Part shown: positions 52,550 through 55,598 of the stretch, one piece after another | Position numbering within the stretch: position 1 is the stretch's first letter | How the letters are laid out: the number at the start of each line of letters is the position of its first letter | From: a virus | Lineage: Duplodnaviria; Caudoviricetes | Reading direction: 5' to 3' (one strand) | Virus record (IMG/VR): IMGVR_UViG_3300005805_000113 | Location: 1 to 55,598 of that record | DNA length: 55,598 nt | Position numbers and translations under genes: made by a program | The notes under the pieces: model-generated | Database searches by the model: none | What the model saw: the letters and a program-made list of their open reading frames with translations, nothing else | Told to the model about the DNA's origin: nothing

Positions 52550-53114
52550 GGCGCAATGGGAACAGCATAAGTCGGCGCTCATTCTCGGACTGCATCAAAT
52601 TACACCGCATGACCTTGAAGACGCGGCCCAGCTCTTACTGGATGCCGCCGAGGCTGGTGCCCCCGTGTTTGTCGCGGGAAATGGGGCGTCAGCGGCCCTC
52701 TCACAGCATTGGGCGTGCGACCACCTCAAGGGCGCGTCGGGAGAACTCATCTCCCATAATGTGATTAGTCTGTCGAGTAATATCGCGCTACTCACAGCGA
52801 TTGGCAATGATTTGGGATACGACCGTGTGTTTACCGATCAACTGAAGCACCAGACGCGCAAACACAGCGAAGGGGTGGTGGTGTTGATTAGCGCGAGTGG
52901 CAAATCCCCGAATGTGGTGCACACGGCCAATTTTGTAAAACATGAACGACCAAATATACGTCTTATTAGTTTGACCGGATTTTTAGGCGAACCGCTCCGC
53001 AGTTTGAGTGACGTCAACCTCCACGTCAATCTCACAGAATATGAAGCGGTTGAAGATGTGCATGGGGCGATTATGCACGCCCTGGCTAAACTATTACAAA
53101 CAAACAGGAGGTAG
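52527..53114 (+). CDS. gmhA: Phosphoheptose isomerase (SIS)
   Basis: AGNGASAA..QH, TAIGND.GYD.VF..Q, ISASGKSPNV, LTGF, VEDVH. Confidence 0.88.
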   Translation: MMTRDIIEAQWEQHKSALILGLHQITPHDLEDAAQLLLDAAEAGAPVFVAGNGASAALSQHWACDHLKGASGELISHNVISLSSNIALLTAIGNDLGYDRVFTDQLKHQTRKHSEGVVVLISASGKSPNVVHTANFVKHERPNIRLISLTGFLGEPLRSLSDVNLHVNLTEYEAVEDVHGAIMHALAKLLQTNRR

Positions 53115-53119
53115 GTAAG

Positions 53120-53746
53120 ATGAAGGTCGATATTGTTCCCGAGTTTGAATGCGACAGCGATAACTATGACGTATTAGTCACCGGTGTCGAAAAAGTGGCT
53201 GCTATTGAGGGGTTGACGTGTGAAATTGGACTACGTCGCGGGGGCGGCAGTTTTCATATTATGGAAACGCTCAGGAACACACAGCAAAATAAGACGCATA
53301 TCGCAATTGATCCGTATGGGCATATTGCATATCCCGAAGGTGATGCGGGTGAAGTATTACAATTAGATTACACCAATGATATGCGTAATATGTGCCTTAT
53401 CAACATGTATCTGTATTGTCGGATACAGAAAATGCCGTTTCTTTTCTTTAACTTAGAGGATACGGAATTTTTTACTCGGTTCGCGGATGGCGTGCCGGTA
53501 TACAACGAAGAAAAACAGCTTATCAATCAGTATGCGTTCGTGCATTTTGATGGGCCCCATACCGTTCGTCACGTTGAAACAGAAATTGATTTTTTCCATT
53601 CGCGATCTCCTCTTGGAGCCGTGTGGGTGTTTGATGACGTGGCATTATATAACCACTCGGAAATTGATGCGTATCTCCAAATACTTGGATGGTCATGCTA
53701 CCAGCAAACCACACGGAAGTGGGCCTATACCAAAACCCGAGCATAA
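53120..53746 (+). CDS. Class I SAM methyltransferase (TylF/Methyltransf_24-like)
   Basis: CEIGLRRGGGS, IDPYG, VHFDGPH, VFDD. Confidence 0.75.
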   Translation: MKVDIVPEFECDSDNYDVLVTGVEKVAAIEGLTCEIGLRRGGGSFHIMETLRNTQQNKTHIAIDPYGHIAYPEGDAGEVLQLDYTNDMRNMCLINMYLYCRIQKMPFLFFNLEDTEFFTRFADGVPVYNEEKQLINQYAFVHFDGPHTVRHVETEIDFFHSRSPLGAVWVFDDVALYNHSEIDAYLQILGWSCYQQTTRKWAYTKTRA

Positions 53747-53749
53747 TCT

Positions 53750-54001
53750 ATGCGGCACATCATTCATGTGAATCGACAGCACATTGCGATGAATGCAAAG
53801 GACGGAAAAAACCGACCCGTCTATACCATTAAAACGGGACGGAGCACTCGGTATGCGCGAGAAGTGCATATCAATGGACCGAGCCGTCTTGTGTATACTG
53901 GTCGTCAATTAAGCTGTGGAGCCCGCGCATGGATTGAAACCGACGGCCCAATCATGTTGATTGATGAAATGTCGTTTACGGAAGCGAGGAACATAAAGTG
54001 A
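53750..54001 (+). CDS. Conserved small phage protein
   Basis: IHVNRQHI..N...YTIK...V.I.GPS.LVY...LSCGAR.WIET. Confidence 0.7.
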   Translation: MRHIIHVNRQHIAMNAKDGKNRPVYTIKTGRSTRYAREVHINGPSRLVYTGRQLSCGARAWIETDGPIMLIDEMSFTEARNIK

Positions 54002-54237
54002 GGTTCAGTGATTTAGGGGAGATTGCCATTGCCTGGTATCGCGCCGCAAATCCAACCGTGGAACAACAAGAGATTGCACTGGAACGATTGACGGTATGCG
54101 ATACCTGCGAGTTCAAACAACCCTCCAAGCTATTTAATGGGTATAAGTGTGGGGCATGTGGATGCCCGCTACATAAAAAGATATTCAGTAGCGTCTCTGG
54201 TCCGCACGCGTGCCCCAAGGCTAAGTGGTCGCGGTAA
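53998..54237 (+). CDS. Small Cys-rich protein
   Basis: RL.VC..C...C..CGC.L..K...CP..KW. Confidence 0.65.
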   Translation: MRFSDLGEIAIAWYRAANPTVEQQEIALERLTVCDTCEFKQPSKLFNGYKCGACGCPLHKKIFSSVSGPHACPKAKWSR

Positions 54238-54307
54238 ACTCTTTCTAAACACTAAATAAGACATAGAATCGTCATCCCTGTCATGTGACAGGTCTCAAGG
54301 AGCTACT

Positions 54308-55598
54308 ATGTCTGAATTTCCGCTGTGGTCTGAACTTATTCGTCAGGAATCGCCGTCAAATTTACGGGAAGCGCACTACAGCCCGGGGTTTGGGAATGCG
54401 GATCGCCTCACTCCCCGTTCACCGATTCTGTCTAAGGGAACGCGTGTGCGCGTGCCGCATCGGGGTCGCATGGTGAGCGGAAAAGTCGTGCGGTTTGATA
54501 AGGGTGGGTATGTTCCAGGCGTGCGAACGGGTGGGTGGCCCTTCTATGTCATTGACACTGGCGAATATGAATCCGTCAAAGTTCCTGTGGATCGTGTACA
54601 CCCCGAGTCTCCGGTGGTCGAATCCGCCCTGATGGAAGCGCCCGAAACCTTTGCGGTGATGGCGATTGATGACCCCTCACCCGTGTGGAAACAAGGCTCC
54701 GGACATACCCCCGAACAAAAAGTGGTGTGGCAGATGTGGGGATTAGCCAAAAATGAAATTGGATTAGCTGCCAAAATGGCGCGTAAGGAACATCCGAAAG
54801 CGACCATCTCGGTTGAGAATCAGGGCGGAAGAATCGTGAAGGTGTTCAAGCCGGGCGCCGCCATCACCGAAGCCGAGATGACCGACGCGCAGATGAAGAA
54901 GCGCGAAGAAATTGTCATGTCGATGAAAGACAAAGAAGCAGACTTCAAGGATCGCTACGGCGACCGCTGGAAGGACGTCATGTATGCGACCGCGACCAAG
55001 CAAGCGATGGGTGAGGCTGTCGAGCGACCACTCAAGGTCGGAGATTATGTGCACGCTGGACTTGCCGTCAAGGGTGGTGCCGGATTCTCGGGTCGCGTGG
55101 ACAAGATTGACGGCAACTATGTGTATGTAAATGTCAATAAAGATAAGTCCGTGCGATTCAATAATGACCCGATCGCCAAGTGGGGTGACCGTATTATCAA
55201 AGCCCCCATCAAGAATGTCTCGCTCCAAGAAGCGGTCGATATCCCCAAAGCCGTGTTGGTGCGCGTCTACCGTCAAAACGAAGCCGAAAACGACCACACC
55301 GGCAATGCGCTGCTCCTCGCCCGTTTGTTCGGCACTCCACAGGAAATCGCCGTCGTTGAGAAGTTATATAAGATTCGCGAGAAGGAAGGTGGAATTAATG
55401 TCGGTAAATATAAGAGTCTCGTGAACGTGGTCGATCAGTTGCACCAGAAATACTATCGTCAACTGACCGCACTAAAAGAAGAAGACACCAAGTATCAGGA
55501 ATACTTCCGTGCGCAGTTGAAGAAGCACGGCTACGACTCCCCCGCTGATATTCCCGACGACAAGAAGGATGACTTCTTTAAGGCCGTCGATGCGGGCT
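54308..55598 (+). CDS. Modular probable internal head protein, 3' end outside window
   Basis: TAAATA at 54253, AAGGAG RBS, ATG 54308; frame read open to the window end (~430 codons); absent from ORF track. Confidence 0.85.
   Translation, partial: MSEFPLWSELIRQESPSNLREAHYSPGFGNADRLTPRSPILSKGTRVRVPHRGRMVSGKVVRFDKGGYVPGVRTGGWPFYVIDTGEYESVKVPVDRVHPESPVVESALMEAPETFAVMAIDDPSPVWKQGSGHTPEQKVVWQMWGLAKNEIGLAAKMARKEHPKATISVENQGGRIVKVFKPGAAITEAEMTDAQMKKREEIVMSMKDKEADFKDRYGDRWKDVMYATATKQAMGEAVERPLKVGDYVHAGLAVKGGAGFSGRVDKIDGNYVYVNVNKDKSVRFNNDPIAKWGDRIIKAPIKNVSLQEAVDIPKAVLVRVYRQNEAENDHTGNALLLARLFGTPQEIAVVEKLYKIREKEGGINVGKYKSLVNVVDQLHQKYYRQLTALKEEDTKYQEYFRAQLKKHGYDSPADIPDDKKDDFFKAVDAG

Overview
This window is part of a large T4-like (myovirus) phage genome. 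From left to right it contains: (1) a minus-strand tail-fibre/virion block, including a >900-codon fibre ORF that runs off the left edge and is missing from the ORF track; (2) a ~520-nt non-coding stretch (5840-6363) made of back-to-back RNA structures, including a textbook pistol self-cleaving ribozyme and a twister-like double pseudoknot; (3) the T4-type replication core (dNMP kinase, gp45, gp44, gp62, regA, gp43, uvsX, gp41, gp61, plus thyX, nrdJ, thioredoxin and a RuvC-like resolvase). In this core, gp43 is split in two by a free-standing Vsr/DUF559-like endonuclease, and uvsX is a fractured gene whose halves carry a naturally split intein either side of an antisense HNH gene; (4) a helicase-methyltransferase fusion followed by three further DNA methyltransferase genes; (5) 20 tRNA genes, several non-canonical (Asn-ATT and Ser-ACT with A34, Thr-TGT and Ile-TAT with long variable arms), interleaved with homing endonucleases; (6) an NDP-heptose-type sugar pathway (gmhA, hddA, gmhB, nucleotidyltransferase, glycosyltransferases, methyltransferase); (7) a modular probable internal head protein running off the right edge. 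Many genes appear leaderless, with ATG 5-6 nt after a TAAATA late-promoter core or 6-9 nt after a sigma70 -10 box. All calls come from reading motifs and base pairing by eye; no database search or folding program was run.
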